Positions 27,128-45,760 of a DNA stretch of 64,000 nt are shown here, one piece after another. The translations under genes were made by a program, and so were the position numbers. The DNA is from the human T2T-CHM13v2.0 reference genome, Homo sapiens: NCBI RefSeq assembly GCF_009914755.1, contig NC_060926.1. The stretch is one strand, 5' to 3'. The notes beneath the pieces were generated by a model that ran no database searches, was not told where the DNA came from, and worked only from the letters and a program-made list of their open reading frames with translations. Within the stretch, counting starts at the first letter, position 1; each line of letters begins with the position of its first letter.

Positions 27128-27428
27128 CAATCATCCTTCAGTATCTGCAGGGATTCCAGGACCCTCACAGATATTAAAATCTGTAGATGCTCAAATCCGT
27201 TGTATTAAATGGTATAGTGTTTTCATATAATCTACATATATTTTATATTTAAATTATTTGGGAACATATAATACCTAATATAATTGCATGCAATGTAAAT
27301 AGTTGTGATACTGTATTTTATTTGTATTAATCTTTGTTGTTGTGTTGCTTTTTGTTTTTTTTCCCAAATATTTTTGATCCACAGTTGGTTGAATCTGTGG
27401 ATGTGAAAACCGTAAATACAGAGTCAAT
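27128..27428. mobile_element. MER2 (Tigger-derived MITE)
   Basis: CCTTCAGTATCTGCAGGGATTCCAGGACCC...AATATTTTTGATCCACAGTTGGTTGAATC. Confidence 0.8.
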
Positions 27429-28338
27429 GGGAAAGCAATTGACTGTTTTTATGTTGGTCTTGTATCCTTTGATCTTGCTGTACTCATTTATTAGTACCAG
27501 AAGGGCTTTTTTGTTGTTGTTTATTTCTTCTGTTTTGTTTTGATAGACTTTTGGTGGTTTCCCACGTAAAACAATCAAGTCATCTGCAAATAAAGACAGT
27601 TATAATTTTTCTTTTAAATATGTGTATCTTTCTTGTCTGTTTTCTTTTCAAGATATCTATCTATACTTCTCTTTTTCTTGTCTTATTGTGCTAGCCAGGA
27701 ATTTCAGTATGATGCTGAATAGTAGTGGTGACAGGTGACACTTACCTTGTTCCTTCCTTAGAAGAAAACATATTTTTTCATCATCAAGCGTAATATTAGC
27801 TATAGAATTTTTTTGTGAATTTTTTTCAATTTGAATAAGCTCAACTATAGGTCTGCTTTGCTAAAAGTTTTAGCCAAATTGGGTTTTGTGTTTTCCCAGC
27901 TTTTTTTGTGTCAATTGATCTAATTATAGGTTTTTTCTTCTTCAAGCTTATTGATATGTTAGATTGCATTGATCGATTTTTCAGTGTTGAATTAGGCTTG
28001 CATTCCTGTAACAAGTCCCACTTAGTTGTGGAGTATAGTTATTTTTTACATTGTTGTTTTTAATTTGCTAATATTTTGTTGAGGATTTTTACATCTATGT
28101 CCATGTGAAACTGGTCTGTGGTTTTCTTTTCTTGTATATGATTGGATTTTGATTTTTAGAGTAATGCCTGCCTCATAGAATAAACAGGAAATCTTCTCTT
28201 TCCTATTTTTTAAAAGCGACCGTGGAGAGGTGATATTATATCTTCCTTAAATGTTTGGAAGAATTCACCAGTGAAACCATGTTTTTGGACAATGATTAAT
28301 TATTAAATTAATTCTCTCATAAATATAGGGATAATTAG

Positions 28339-28709
<371 letters not shown>

Positions 28710-29799
28710 CAAATAATTGGTTCAAGTAAATTATATAATTTGAGAGAACAGGGTTACCCATTGCTTTCCTGTTCTTCTCCTATTATTCCCTTAATGTTCA
28801 TGTGATCAGTAGTGGTGTTCCGTTTTCATTTCTAAGATTGTCAATTGCACTTCTTTTTTCTTTCTTGGTTAGCCTGAGAGGAGGCTTATCACTTTTAATG
28901 ATATATTTAAAGAATCATTTTTACAATTTTTTCTGTATTATCCCAGTTTCAACTTAATTGATTTCTGTTCTAATGTTTATTATTTATTTTCTTATGTCTA
29001 CATTAGTTTTAAATTATACCTATTTCTCTAATTCCCTAAGGCAGAAGAAGCTTAGGTTATTAACTTTAGGTTATGCTTCATTTCTAATATGTTTATTTAT
29101 TTCTATAAGTTTCCCTACAAATGCTTCTTTCACTCTACCCCTCAAATTTTGATGAGTTGTTTTTTATTTCCAAATACTTCTAAATTTTTAAAGAGCTCTT
29201 CTTTTACTATATGTTACTTAGAAATGTGCTTAATTTTCAAATATTTCAGGATTTTCCAGCTATCTTTCTGTTATCAATTTCAAGTTTAATTCCACTGTGA
29301 TTGGAGAACATCTTTTGCATGATTTCTATTCTCTTAAATTTGTTAAGGTGTGTTTTATGGCCCAGATCCTGGTGAATTTTCCATTTCAGCTTAAGAAAAA
29401 GGTGTGTTCTGCCATTGCTGGGTGAAGTATACTATAAATGTCAATTAGATCCAGTTGATTGATGGTGCTGTGCAGTTCAACTATATCGTTACTGATTTTT
29501 TGTCGGTATCATTTATCAATTACTAAAAGAAAGGTGTTAAACTCTCTCACCGGGAGAGTCAAATTATCTTTTTCCCCTTTCATTCTATTGGCTTTACCTC
29601 ATGTATTTTGATGCTTTTTATATTTTAGGTAATATATATTTAAAATTGTTATATTATTGTTGTGTTTTATTATGATTTTTAGTAATCATTTTTATAAATC
29701 TATTTTATTTCTTCTCTTACCATGTCAAACTTCATTTGAAAAAACAGTGATTGTTATAGAGTTCACAATATACATTTTTAACTAAGAAAAGTCTACTTT

Positions 29800-32130
29800 A
29801 AAATTATTTTATTTTTAACTGGCAAATAATTGTATATATTTATGGAATACATTGTCATGTTATGATATATGTATACATGTGGAATAATTAAATCAAGCTA
29901 ATTAACATATCATCTCCTCACATGCTTGCTACTTCTTCATGGAGAGAACATTTAAAATATATTTTCTGGCAATTTTGAAAGCTCCAATATGTTATTATTA
30001 ACTAGAGTCACCATGCTGCTCAATAGATCACTAGAATGTATTGCTCCTGTCTAATTGAACGCTTGAAACTTTTGACTAACATTTCCTCTTTCTTCATCCA
30101 CTGCCCTCCAGCCTACACCAGCCTCTGGAAACTACCCTTCTACTGCTACTCCTATGAACTTGGCTTTTTTGGATTCCACATATAAGTAAAATCATGCAGT
30201 ATTTGTCTTTCTGTGCCTGGCTTATTTCACTCAATATCATGTCCTCCAGATTCATCCATGTTGTTAAAAATCACACAATTTTCTTCTTCATAAAGACTGA
30301 ATTGTATTTTCCATTGTGTACATATAACACATTTTCTTTATCCATTCATCCATTGATGGGCATGTAAGTTGTTTCTGTATCTTGGCTATTGTGAGGAGTG
30401 CTGCAATAAACATGGCAGTGCAGATATCTCCTCAACACACTGGTTCAATTCCTTTGGATATATGCCCAACAGTGGGATTCTGGATCACATTTGGTAATTT
30501 CTTTTTTTTGTTTTTTTGAGGAACTCCATACTATTTTGCAAAAATGGCTGTACTAATTTACATTATCACCAACAGCATACATTTTCACCAACACTTCTCT
30601 TTCATCTTTTTGATAACAGCCATTCCAACAGCTGTGAGGTGATATCTCTGCAGTTTTAATTTGCATTTCCCTGATGATTAGTGATATTGAGCATTTTTAA
30701 TATATATGTTGGCCATTTGTATGTCTTTTTGAGAAGTGTCTATTTAGGTCTTTTTCCTATTACAAATTTTAGATTTATTTGTTTTTTTGCTATTGAGTTG
30801 TTTCAGTTCTTTATACATTTTTTGGATATCAGATCCTTATCAGATGTATGGTTTACAGATATTTTCTCCCAATCTGTTGGTTGTCACTTCACTCTGTTAA
30901 CTGCTTCCTTTGCTGTGCAGAAGCTTTTTAGTTTGATGTAATACCGTTTGTCTATTTTTGCTTCTGTTGCCTGTGCTTTTAAGGCAATATCCAAAAAAAT
31001 CATTGCCCAGACTGATGCTTTTCCCCTGTTTTCTACTAGTAGTTTTCCAGTTTCAGGTCTTACATTTAAGTTTGTGTCCATTTTGAGTTTATTTTTATAT
31101 ATGGTGAGAGATAATGATCTGATGTCATTCTTCTGCATGTGAATAATCAGTTTTCATTCATTAGACAGTTTGGGCAGCTTTGTCAAAACTCCGTTGATCA
31201 TAAATGCATGGGTTTATTTCTGGGCTCTCTTGTTTTATTGGTTGATGTGTCTAGTTTTATGACAGTACCATGGTGTTTTGATTAGTATAGTTTTCTAATG
31301 TATTTTGAAGACAGATAGTGTGCTCCCTATAGCTTTGTTCTTCTTGTTTAAGATTCCTTTGGCTATCTGAGGTCTGCTGTGGCTCCATATAAATTTTAGG
31401 ATTGTTTCTTCTATTTCTGGAAAAAATGTCATTGGAATTTTGATAGGGATTGCATTGAATCTGTAGATAGCTTTGGGTAGTATGGTAATTTTAACAATAT
31501 TAATTCTTCCAATCCATGAGCATGGTGTATCATTTTATTATTTATGTCATCTTCAGTTTATTTCATCCATGTTTTACAGTTTTCAGTATACACATCTTAC
31601 ACCTCCTCCTTGGTTAAATTTATACCTAAATGTTTTATTTGTTTTTTAATGCTATTGTAAACAGGAATTATTTTCTTAATTTCTTTTTCAGATAGTTTGT
31701 TGTTAGTGTATAGAAATACTACTGATTTTTGTATGCTAATTTTGTTTTCTGCAATCTACTTAAAGGTTTGTCAGATCTAACAGTTTTTTGGTGGAGTCTT
31801 TAGGATTTTTCTACATATAATATCATGTTGTCAGCAAACAGAGACAGTTTTACTTCTTTCTTTCCAATTTGGATGATTTTATTTCCTTTTCTTACCTAAT
31901 TGCTCTGGCTGAGACTTTCAGTACTATGTTAAGTCAAAGAGGTGAAAGTGGGTATCCTTGTCTTGTTTCTGAGCTTAGAGAAAAAGCTGTCAACTTTTTA
32001 CTATCAGTTAAGATGTTAGCTTATCATATAAGGCCTTTATTGTGTTGAGGAACATTTTTTCTATACCTAATTTGCTTACAGTTTTTATCATACAAGGATG
32101 CTGATTTTTGCCAACTGCTTTTTCTGCATC
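29800..32130 (-). mobile_element. L1MA-type 5'-truncated element
   Basis: L1MA 3' end (AATTAAATCAAGCTAATTAACATATC) followed by ORF2 remnant [18 protein letters not shown]. Confidence 0.8.
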
Positions 32131-32328
32131 TTTCAAATAATACTCACCTACTTCATATGTAATCCAGGCACCTTGTAAAGGAGCATTACTAATTCCTCCC
32201 TTTCACTCTTTGAGATATTGCTGTCATTCATTTCACTTGCCCATATGCTATAATTACACATTATATTGTTACTGTTATTGATATAAACAGTTGCCTTTCA
32301 GATCAATTAGAGGTCTCTAAGAATTAGA

Positions 32329-32620
32329 GGTTGGGCATGGTGGCTCGCACTTGTAATCTCAGTACTTTGGGAGGTGAGGGGATTGCTGGAGCCAGAAGTT
32401 TGAGACTAACCTGAACAACATAATGAGACCCCATTACTCCATAAAATAGAAAACATTAGCCAAGCATGGTGGTGGCACGTGCCTGTGTTTCCAGATACTC
32501 AGGAGGCTGAGCAGGAGGACTGCTTGAGCTCAGGAAGTCAAAGCTACAATAAGCCATGATTGGACCACTGTTGTCCAGCCTGGGTGACAGAGTGAGACCC
32601 CATCTCAAAAAAAAAAAAAT
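32329..32620 (+). mobile_element. AluJ element
   Basis: Diverged dimer with GGATTGCTGGAGCC and GGACTGCTTGAGCTCAGG, ending in poly-A. Confidence 0.85.
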
Positions 32621-33679
32621 AGAAAATAAAATATTTTAGACTCATTTATTCATACTCTGATGAACTTCCTTTCTTTATGTAGAACCAATTGTTTTACATA
32701 GAGAATTTTCCTTCTGTCTTAATAATTTGTTTCAATACTTCTTGTAGAACAGGTTTGCTGGTGATGAATTCCCTCAGTTTTTGTTTGTCTGAAAACATCT
32801 TTATTTCTCTTTCACATTTGAAACAATATCTTGTTCAATATAAAATTCTAGATTGGTGTTTTTTTTTCTTTCTATACTTTAGATATTTCATTCCACTCTC
32901 TTCTTGCTTGTAGTGGTTTCCAATGAGAAGTCCACTGTACTTCATTCTTACTTCCGTTCCTCTATGTGTACGTTTCTCCATCGGGCTTCTTTCTTCTCTC
33001 TTTGTCTTAGGTTTCTGTAGTTTTGATATGGTATGTCTACATGTATTTAATGGGAAGGCTGTATTTATCCAGCTTGCTGTTCTCTCATCTTCTTGGATCT
33101 ATGATTTGGTGTTTATGATTTTGGATGGATCGCAACCATTATGACTTCAGACATATTTTCTGCTCTATTCTTTTACTCTTCTTTTTCTCATGTACTAATT
33201 CTTCATATGTTACACCTTTCGATATTGTCCCACATTTCCTGAATGATTTGTTATACTTTATTTTTATTATAATGACTATTTTTGCTTTTATTCTTCTGTT
33301 TTGTATGTTTTCTACTTTTTCAAATACAGGCCTTAACAAATTAATTATAGTTCTTTTAAATTCCCTCTGTGATAATTCCTACATCTGTGTCATATCTAAG
33401 TTTGAGAAAACTATGTTTTCTCTTGGCTTTTGGGATGCCTAGCAATTTTTTGTTAAAATCCAGCCATTTCATGTTCAAAGGTAATAAGCCTTTGGAGTGG
33501 CTTAGTGGTTGGTCTGTATAGTCTGATTAGTAGTTGGGCTGTGTTCAATGTTTGCTGTAGCTATATGTACCAGGAGCTTCAAATTCCTTTCATGTTCTTG
33601 TTTTTGTCTTCACTTGACCTTGGGGCTTCTCCATGTTCTTCTCTTCAGAGACTGCATGTCTTGTAAGTCTTTTCATTTT

Positions 33680-34061
33680 GTTTATTCATTTATTTATTTA
33701 TTTATTTATTGAGACAGGCTGGAGTGCAGTCGTGCAATCTCAGCTCACTGCAGTCTCCACCTCCCTGAGACTGAGAAACACCTAAAGGCCACAATCTAAG
33801 GGTACCCCAGAATTTTGTGGACTTCACCTTTAGGAAATACCCTAGATTTTTATGGTGAAGATCTAGAAAGATTACCTCAAGGCTGTGGCAGAGGTGGGAG
33901 ATGAGCAAGCATTGTGAACTAAGCTCAGAAACTTCTCCATAGCAAATGTTACCCTCCAGGGGCAAGTATTTGCCAGAGGTCTATCCCAGTCTTTATCCCA
34001 GTTTAATCCCTCAGCTTTATCCCGATCTCGTGCTGAGGCATGAGAATTGCTTGAACTCAGC
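33680..34061. mobile_element. Composite insertion: truncated Alu, captured inverted flank and inverted Alu piece
   Basis: Bounded by the 11-bp direct repeat CTTTTCATTTT at 33669-33679 and 34062-34072. See findings. Confidence 0.8.
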
Positions 34062-34403
34062 CTTTTCATTTTAATTGACTGCTATCATATTATATTGGAG
34101 CCTTCTTGTTGTAGTAGTAAGGTGTGGGTTGGCATGGCATTCTACAATCTCCTCATTCATCTTGGCTTTTCTCTTTTTCCTTGAATCCCTGACCTCATTA
34201 CTGAAATATGGAAGGGGCTGGAGTGAAAGTAAATTCCTTCCCTGCCTGGCATAAATCTCTGGCAAATACTTGCCCCTGGAAGGTAACCTTTGCTATGGAG
34301 AAATTTCTGAGCTTAGTTCACAATGCTTGCTCATCTCCTCACTCTGCCACAGACTTAGGGGAATCCTTCTAGATCTTCACCATAAGAATCAGGGGCATTT
34401 CCA

Positions 34404-34681
34404 GGCCAGGTGCGGTGGCTTACCCCTTTAATCCCAGCGCTTTGGGAAGCTGAGGAGGGCAGATCGCCTGAGCTCAGGAATTCGAGACCAGCCTGGCCAA
34501 CATGGCGAAACCCCATCTCTACTAAAAATAGGAAAAATTAGCCGGGTGTGGTAGTGGGCACCTGTAATCCTAGCTACTCAAGAGGCTGAAGCAGAATTAC
34601 TTGAACTCAGGAGGAAGAGGTTGAGTGAGCCGAGATCACACCATTGCACTCCAGCCTGGGCGAAAGAGCGAGACTCTGTCT

Positions 34682-34712
<31 letters not shown>
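34404..34712 (+). mobile_element. AluS element
   Basis: Full dimer with a ~30-nt poly-A. TSD AAG(A/G)ATC(A/T)GGGGCATTTCC at 34384-34402 and 34713-34731. Confidence 0.93.
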
Positions 34713-34719
<7 letters not shown>

Positions 34720-36320
34720 TGGGGCATTTCCTAGAAGTGAAGTCCACAAAATTCTGGGGTACCCTAAGATTGCCACCCTTAGGCATTTCTCATTCTCAGG
34801 CTAGCCTGCACTTGGCGTCCAGCAGCTTGTTAAAATTACCATTTGAGTGCTTCCGCTAGGTCTGGCTACAGCAGCTTCCACCACACCCAGGCAAGCAGAC
34901 CCCATGTCTGCCTCACTGGAGGGGCCTGGCTGTCTAGATTTTGGGGTGGCTGTTTGCCCTGCAGTTTCAGTTGTCTGATGAAGCTAAGAAAGTTGCTGAT
35001 TTTCAGTTTATCCTTTTTCTGATGGTAAGGATGGGAGTGACCCAGGCTCTTTGCTTAATAGAATGAAAACAAGAAGTCATGTAAGAGATCTATGAATATA
35101 CTTTGAGTTTGCCTTCTGCCTTCTCTTGGGAGGGATTCCTCTCAAGTGCCTGCGTGTGTTTCCAGTTGTTTGCCACTTTATTCACCATGCATGAACCTGC
35201 CTGCTTTTACTCTAATCCAAACAATGGCAAAAAAAAAGGTGTTGACTGATCAGAAGTAGTACCAATATTGGGAAAAATACTCTTAGAAATGGTCATTTAA
35301 AAACTGATGAAATATATATTGCACATTTAAGAGTTGTCTACTGATGTTTTGGTTCCCAAATCTCACCCTTTCCTTCCTTACCACTAGGTTCCTGGTCAAA
35401 GGTGATATAACAATGCCATTAAACTATTGGTTTTTAGAAATACCTGGGAAAATTTGTGTCACCACCAACCCAGGCTCTGGTGAAGGTTGGGCTGGAGAAG
35501 GTGGTTTCAACCAACCTGCATGTCCTCCACGCACGGGTAAGGGTGAAGCATCAGGTGACAGCACTAAGTGATGATACTGAACACCCTGAAGGGTGTTTAT
35601 GGTCTTTCTCCTAGATTCTGGAATCCCAGGTGTCCATGGAATACAGCCATGCCCATCTCTGCAGCTGCCTCATCCTCCATGGAGAGCACATAACTTGGGT
35701 GAGATGATGAAATGAGCACTGGCTTTGGAGTCACACAGACCAGGGTCCAGGCGCCTGTACCATAACCCTCTAGTGGTGTGGCGGAACCTCTCAGACCTCC
35801 CAGCCAGAAAGGAATCTGTTCAGCTGCCAAGAGCTGACAGCTCCCAGCCATCAGAAACTTTAGGACCCCATCTCAGCTTCAGAGCTGAGGCTGTTCCTCC
35901 TGGGCAGCTCCAGCAATGACCAAGACTGGCTTAGGTACCAGAGCATGGCCATTCTCAGCAAATACAGGACCCCTCTGTTGGGCAGGCTTTGCTCTGGATC
36001 TCCCATTGGATTGGCTGAGGATGTCAGACGTCATTGACAGGTGAGGCTCTCCTGCCTGATCCTGATTACTCACCTTTGTTTCATTCCCAGGTGTTAATAT
36101 CTTCTACCCCAATCTCAAATTCCTAACTCTCAGTGCTCGCTTCTGGAGAACACCCCTGCCGCACTATGTAACCTTTGGCAATTTACACTGTGTTATAGCA
36201 ATATAGTGAAAAGGGTGATCATTACCTCAAGACTGTTCACAAACACATGGGCAAATATTCAAGTGTTAATGGAGCTCTGGTTTAATTCCTGTGCTACTTT
36301 GTGAGATGGCATCTGACAAG

Positions 36321-37005
36321 TACAATACGCACCCTCTACCCCCACATAAATCTATACAACACGCACCCTCTACCCCCACATAAATCTATAAAACACGCAC
36401 CCTCTATCCCCACATAAATCTATACAACACTCACCCTCTACACCCACATACATCTATACAACACGCACCCTCTACCCCACATACGTCTACACAACATGCA
36501 CGCTCTACCCCCACATACATCTATACAACACACAACCTCTACCACCACATACGTCTATACAACACGCACCCTCTACCCCCACATACGTCTATGCAAAATG
36601 CACCCTGTACACCCACATACGTCTATACAACACACACCCTCTACACCCACATATGTCTATACAACATGTGCCCTCTACCCCCAAAACATATGTGTATACA
36701 ACATGTACACTCTACCCCCACATACGTCTATACAATACACACCCTGTATACCCACATGCATCTATACAACACGCACCCTCTACCTACACATACGTCTATA
36801 CAACATGCACCCTCTACCCCCACATACGTTTATACAACACACACCCTTTACCCCCACATACGTCTATACCACACGCACCCTCTACCCCAACATACGTCTA
36901 TACAACACGCACCCTCTACCCCCACATACGTCTATAGAACACGTGCCCTCTACCCCCACATGTGTCTATACAACACACGCCCTCTACCCCCACACGTGTC
37001 TATAT
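36321..37005. repeat. 34-bp minisatellite (VNTR), about 20 copies
   Basis: Unit TCTATACAACACGCACCCTCTACCCCCACATACG, starting at 36351, 36385, 36419 and onward. Confidence 0.95.
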
Positions 37006-37349
37006 ACATCGTGTACTCTCTGTGCTGCTGGAGGAGTGTTCAAGCTGAACTACTGTGCAAGTGAGACATAAGAGAGGGGGCCAACTAGGAAGTAGAAATG
37101 GAAGGAGGGAAAAAAAGGACAGTCAACTCTGTAGATTCACTTTACCACTAAAAGTTACTTATTGTTAAATACTAGATCTAGTTATACAGGAGGACTATAT
37201 GTCTATCCTGGCTTGCCCAATAAGAGTCATCTGATAGAATAATTTTATTTTATTTTTTTAGACTACTCATTGTTAAGGAGAGTTGGAAAAAGAAGTGGAT
37301 GGAGACCCTGGAATTCAGAATAAACGTAAAAGAAGGAAGTCTGAGGTTA

Positions 37350-37405
37350 ACACACACACACACGCACACACACACACAGAGAGAGAGAGAGAGCGAGAGC
37401 GAGAG
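37350..37405. repeat. Compound (CA)n(GA)n microsatellite
   Basis: Read directly from the sequence. Confidence 0.95.
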
Positions 37406-37488
37406 AAAGATCATTGAAATCAAGTAGCTCACATTTCTTAAATACCACAGCCACAACCATCTCAGAAATAGCTGTCAAAAACTACTAA

Positions 37489-38064
<576 letters not shown>

Positions 38065-38629
38065 TAACATGCTGGAGGAAGTGTTTATCTCCGAGTTCAG
38101 ATTATTTATAAGTGGAGAAACCTGAAATTCTCCCATGACAGAATCTGGCAAGTGCATGCAGATCAGCCTTGGACCTGTCCTGTACTTGTGTTTCAAGGGC
38201 ACCGATCAGCAAACACAGCTCCAATCACCCCATTTTACAGCCCAGGAGGGGGGTCTTGGCAGCTGCAGAGCCAGGTGCCTGTGCACTGCTGGCTCCTTTC
38301 CTGCTCATGGAGATTCTCCACGCTAATGCTCAGCTCATTCAGCCTTATTCTAAGCAAAAGCTGTTCAAAATGTAATCTTATTGCTTAGTTAGTAGAGTGA
38401 TTATATAACAAGGCAAATCTTAGCAACTAGCCCAAAGTCTGGTATGCAATAAGCATGCAAATGATTCTTTAAAAAAATAGATGAAGTATCTCATATCAAC
38501 AGACTTCTGTTTTCCTTCATAGCTTCCTAAAAAGGCAATGTTTAGTATTTAGGACAAAATTTCCAATGAGGATTGAACAAAATCATTACTATTTATTAAA
38601 TTCCTACACTGATGCCCTTCACCTGTCAT

Positions 38630-39038
<409 letters not shown>

Positions 39039-39846
39039 TCAGAATATGTTTTCTATCACATCGGTCAGTGGTTTGTAGGGGAGGTCCCTGGCCCAACAGA
39101 AAAGCTTGATGGAAACACGAGTAGCTGGGTCCCAATCTGTACAGACTCAGTGGGCCACTCTGAGGGTAGAGCCTGCAGCCTTGTCTTGATGTCCCTCCAG
39201 GAGATCCTGATGCAACTCAAGCCAGAGGGCTGTCGTGCTGCACCACTGGACCATCCCCAGCTTCTTCGTTTTCATTTGCTGGTCTTCCACTAAGTCTTGG
39301 CTCTTATTCTTGAATTTGTGTGTGCCATTTACCTACTTGGTGCTGATCTAAAATATTTTCTACTGGCTTCAACCAGTTGTCACAGCATGTCTGCAATGGA
39401 AGTGTTTTTCTTACATAAAAATTATTCAGCACACTTATTCTGAGGGACACTATACCTCTGGAAAAACAACAGTTTCTAAATGAGGGCATTCTTAGTCACT
39501 ATGACTGTTGCTACTTTCTGTAGTATTATCACAAATTTTAATAGAATTGCATGTTACTTGCAAAATTATTTCAGTATGAAAAATGATCTTACAATTAAGT
39601 GTTAAGCAGTGGTATATTGCATAACATTTCTTTTTTTTTTTAATTATACTTTAAGTTCTAGGGTACATGTACACAACGTGCAGATTTGTTACCTATGTAT
39701 GCATGTGCCATGTGGGTGTGCTGCACCCATTAACTTGTCATTTACATTAGGTATATCTCCTAATGCTTTCCCTCCCCTCTCCCCTCACCCCACAACAGGC
39801 CCCGGTGTGTGATGTTCCCCTTCCTGTGTCCAAGTGTTCTCATTGT

Positions 39847-43664
<3,818 letters not shown>

Positions 43665-43727
43665 TATGATGTTAGCTGGTTATTTTACTCGTTAGTTGAT
43701 GCAGTTTCTTCCTAGCATCGATGGTAT

Positions 43728-44735
43728 TTACAATTTGTCATGTGTTTGCAGTGGCTGGTACCTGTTGTTCCTTTCCATGTTTAGTGCTTCCTTCAGGAGC
43801 TCTTGTAGGGCAGGCCTTGTGGTGACAAAATCAGCATTTGCTTGTCTGTAAAGGATTTTATTTCTCCTTCACTTATGAGGCTTTGTTTGGCTGGATATGA
43901 AATTCTGGGTTGAAAATTCTTTTCTTTAAGAATGTTGAATATTGGCCCCCACTCTCTTCTGGCTTGTAGAGTTTCTGCTGAGAGATCCACTGTTAGTCTG
44001 ATTGGTTACCCTTTGTGGGTAACCCGACCTTTCTCTCTAGCTGCCCTTAACACTTTTTCCTTCATTTCAACTTTGGTGAATCTGACAATTATGTGTCTTG
44101 GAGTTGCTCTTCTCGAGGAGTATCTTTGTGGTGTTCTCTGTATTTCCTGAATTTGAATGTTGGCCTGCCTTGCTAGATTGGGGGAGTTCTCCTGGATAAT
44201 ATCCTGCAGAGTGTTTTCCAACTTGGTTCCATTCTCCCTGTCACTTTCAGGTACACCAATCAGACGTAGATTTGGTCTTTTCACATAGTCCCATATTTCT
44301 TGGAGGCTTTGTTCATTTCTTTTTACTCTTTTTTCTCTAAACTTCTCTTCTCGCTTCATTTCATTCATTTGATCTTCAATCATACTCTTTCTTCCACTTG
44401 ATCAAATCGGCTACTGAAGCTTGTCCTTTCGTCACGTAGTTCTTGTGCCGTGGTTTTCAGCTCCATCAGGTCATTTAAGGACTTCTCTACACTGGTTATT
44501 CTAGTTAGCCATTCGTGTAATCTTTTTTAAGGCTTTTAGCTTCTTTGCCGTGGGTTCAAACTTCCTCCTTTAGCTCAGAGAAGTTTGATCGTCTGAAGCC
44601 TTCTTCTCTCAACTCATCAAAGTCATTCTCCGTCCAGCTTTGTTCCGTTGCTGGTGAGGAGCTGCATTCCTTTGGAGGGGGAGGAGTACTCTGATTTTTA
44701 GAATTTTTGGCTTTTCTGCTCTGTTTTTTCCCCAA
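43728..44735 (-). pseudogene. L1 ORF1, start codon mutated to TTG and frameshifted
   Basis: Fragments RNEQSLQEIWDYVKRPNLRLIGVPE and DLSAETLQARREWGPIF. AAAGTTGGGG replaces the expected AAAGATGGGG. Confidence 0.92.
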
Positions 44736-44739
44736 CTTT

Positions 44740-45760
44740 GTGGTTTTATCTACCTTTGGTCTTTGATGATGGTGACGTACAGATGGGGTTTTGGTGTGGA
44801 TATCCTTTCTGTTTGTTAGTTTTCCTTCTAACAGTCAGGACCCTCAGCTGCAGGTCTGTTGGAGTTTGCTGGAGGTCCATTCCAGACCGTTTGCCTAGGT
44901 ATCAGCAGCGGAGGCTGCAGAACAGCGAATATTGCTGAACAGCAGATGTTGCTGCCTGATCGTTCCTCTGGAAACTTCATCTCAGAGGGCTACCTGGCCA
45001 TGTGAGGTGTCAGTCTGCCCCTACTCGGGGTGCCTCCCAGTTAGGCTACTTGGGGGTCAGGAACCCACTTGAGGAGGCAGTCTGTCCATTCTGAGATCTC
45101 AAACTCTGTGCTGGGAGAAACACTACTCTCTTCAAAGCTGTCAGACAGGGACATTTTAGTGTGCAGAGGTTTCTGCTGTCTTTTGCTCAGCTATGCCCTG
45201 CCCTCAGAAGTGGAGTCTACAGAGGCAGGCAGGCCTCCTTGAGCTGCAGTGGGCTTCGCCCAGTTTGAGCTTCCCAGTCACTTTGTTTACCTACTCAAGC
45301 CTCAGCAATGGCAGGCGCCCCTCCCCAAGCCTCGCTGTTGCATTGCAGTTAGATCTCAGACTGCTGTGCTAGCAATGAGTGAGGCTGTGTGGGCGTGGGT
45401 CCCTCCGAGCCATGCACGGGATATAATCTCCTGGTGTGCCGTTTGCTAAGACTGTTGGAAAATCGCAGTATTAGGGTGGGAGTGACTTGATTTTCCAGGC
45501 ACAGTCTATCACCCCTTCCCTTGGCTAGGAAAGGGAATTCCCTGACTCCTTGTGCTTCCCGGGTGAGGCGGTGCCTTGCCCTGCTTTGGCTCACACTCGG
45601 TGGGCTACACCCACTGTTCTGCCCCCACTGTCTGACGAGCCCCAGTGAGATGAACCCGGTACCTCAGTTGGAAATGCAGAAATCACCCGTCTTCTGCGTC
45701 GCTCATGCTGGGAGCTGTAGACTGGAGCTGTTCCTATTCGGCCATCTTGGAACCACTGCC
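44740..45760 (-). promoter_or_regulatory. L1 5' UTR with internal sense promoter, antisense promoter region and YY1 site
   Basis: CAAGATGGCCG (YY1 motif) on the minus strand at ~45739-45749. Activity cannot be judged from sequence. Confidence 0.7.

Noticed and set aside
36321-37005. Regularly spaced repeats superficially like a CRISPR array
   Set aside because: Units are head-to-tail with no unique spacers, no cas genes are present, and the context is primate DNA.
36496-37071. 191-, 157- and 94-aa His/Pro/Thr/Tyr-rich ORFs
   Set aside because: They are translations of the 34-bp VNTR in three frames, with no other sign of coding.
45308-45352. L1 ORF0 (MAGAPP...) in the antisense 5' UTR
   Set aside because: It terminates at TAG after 14 codons.
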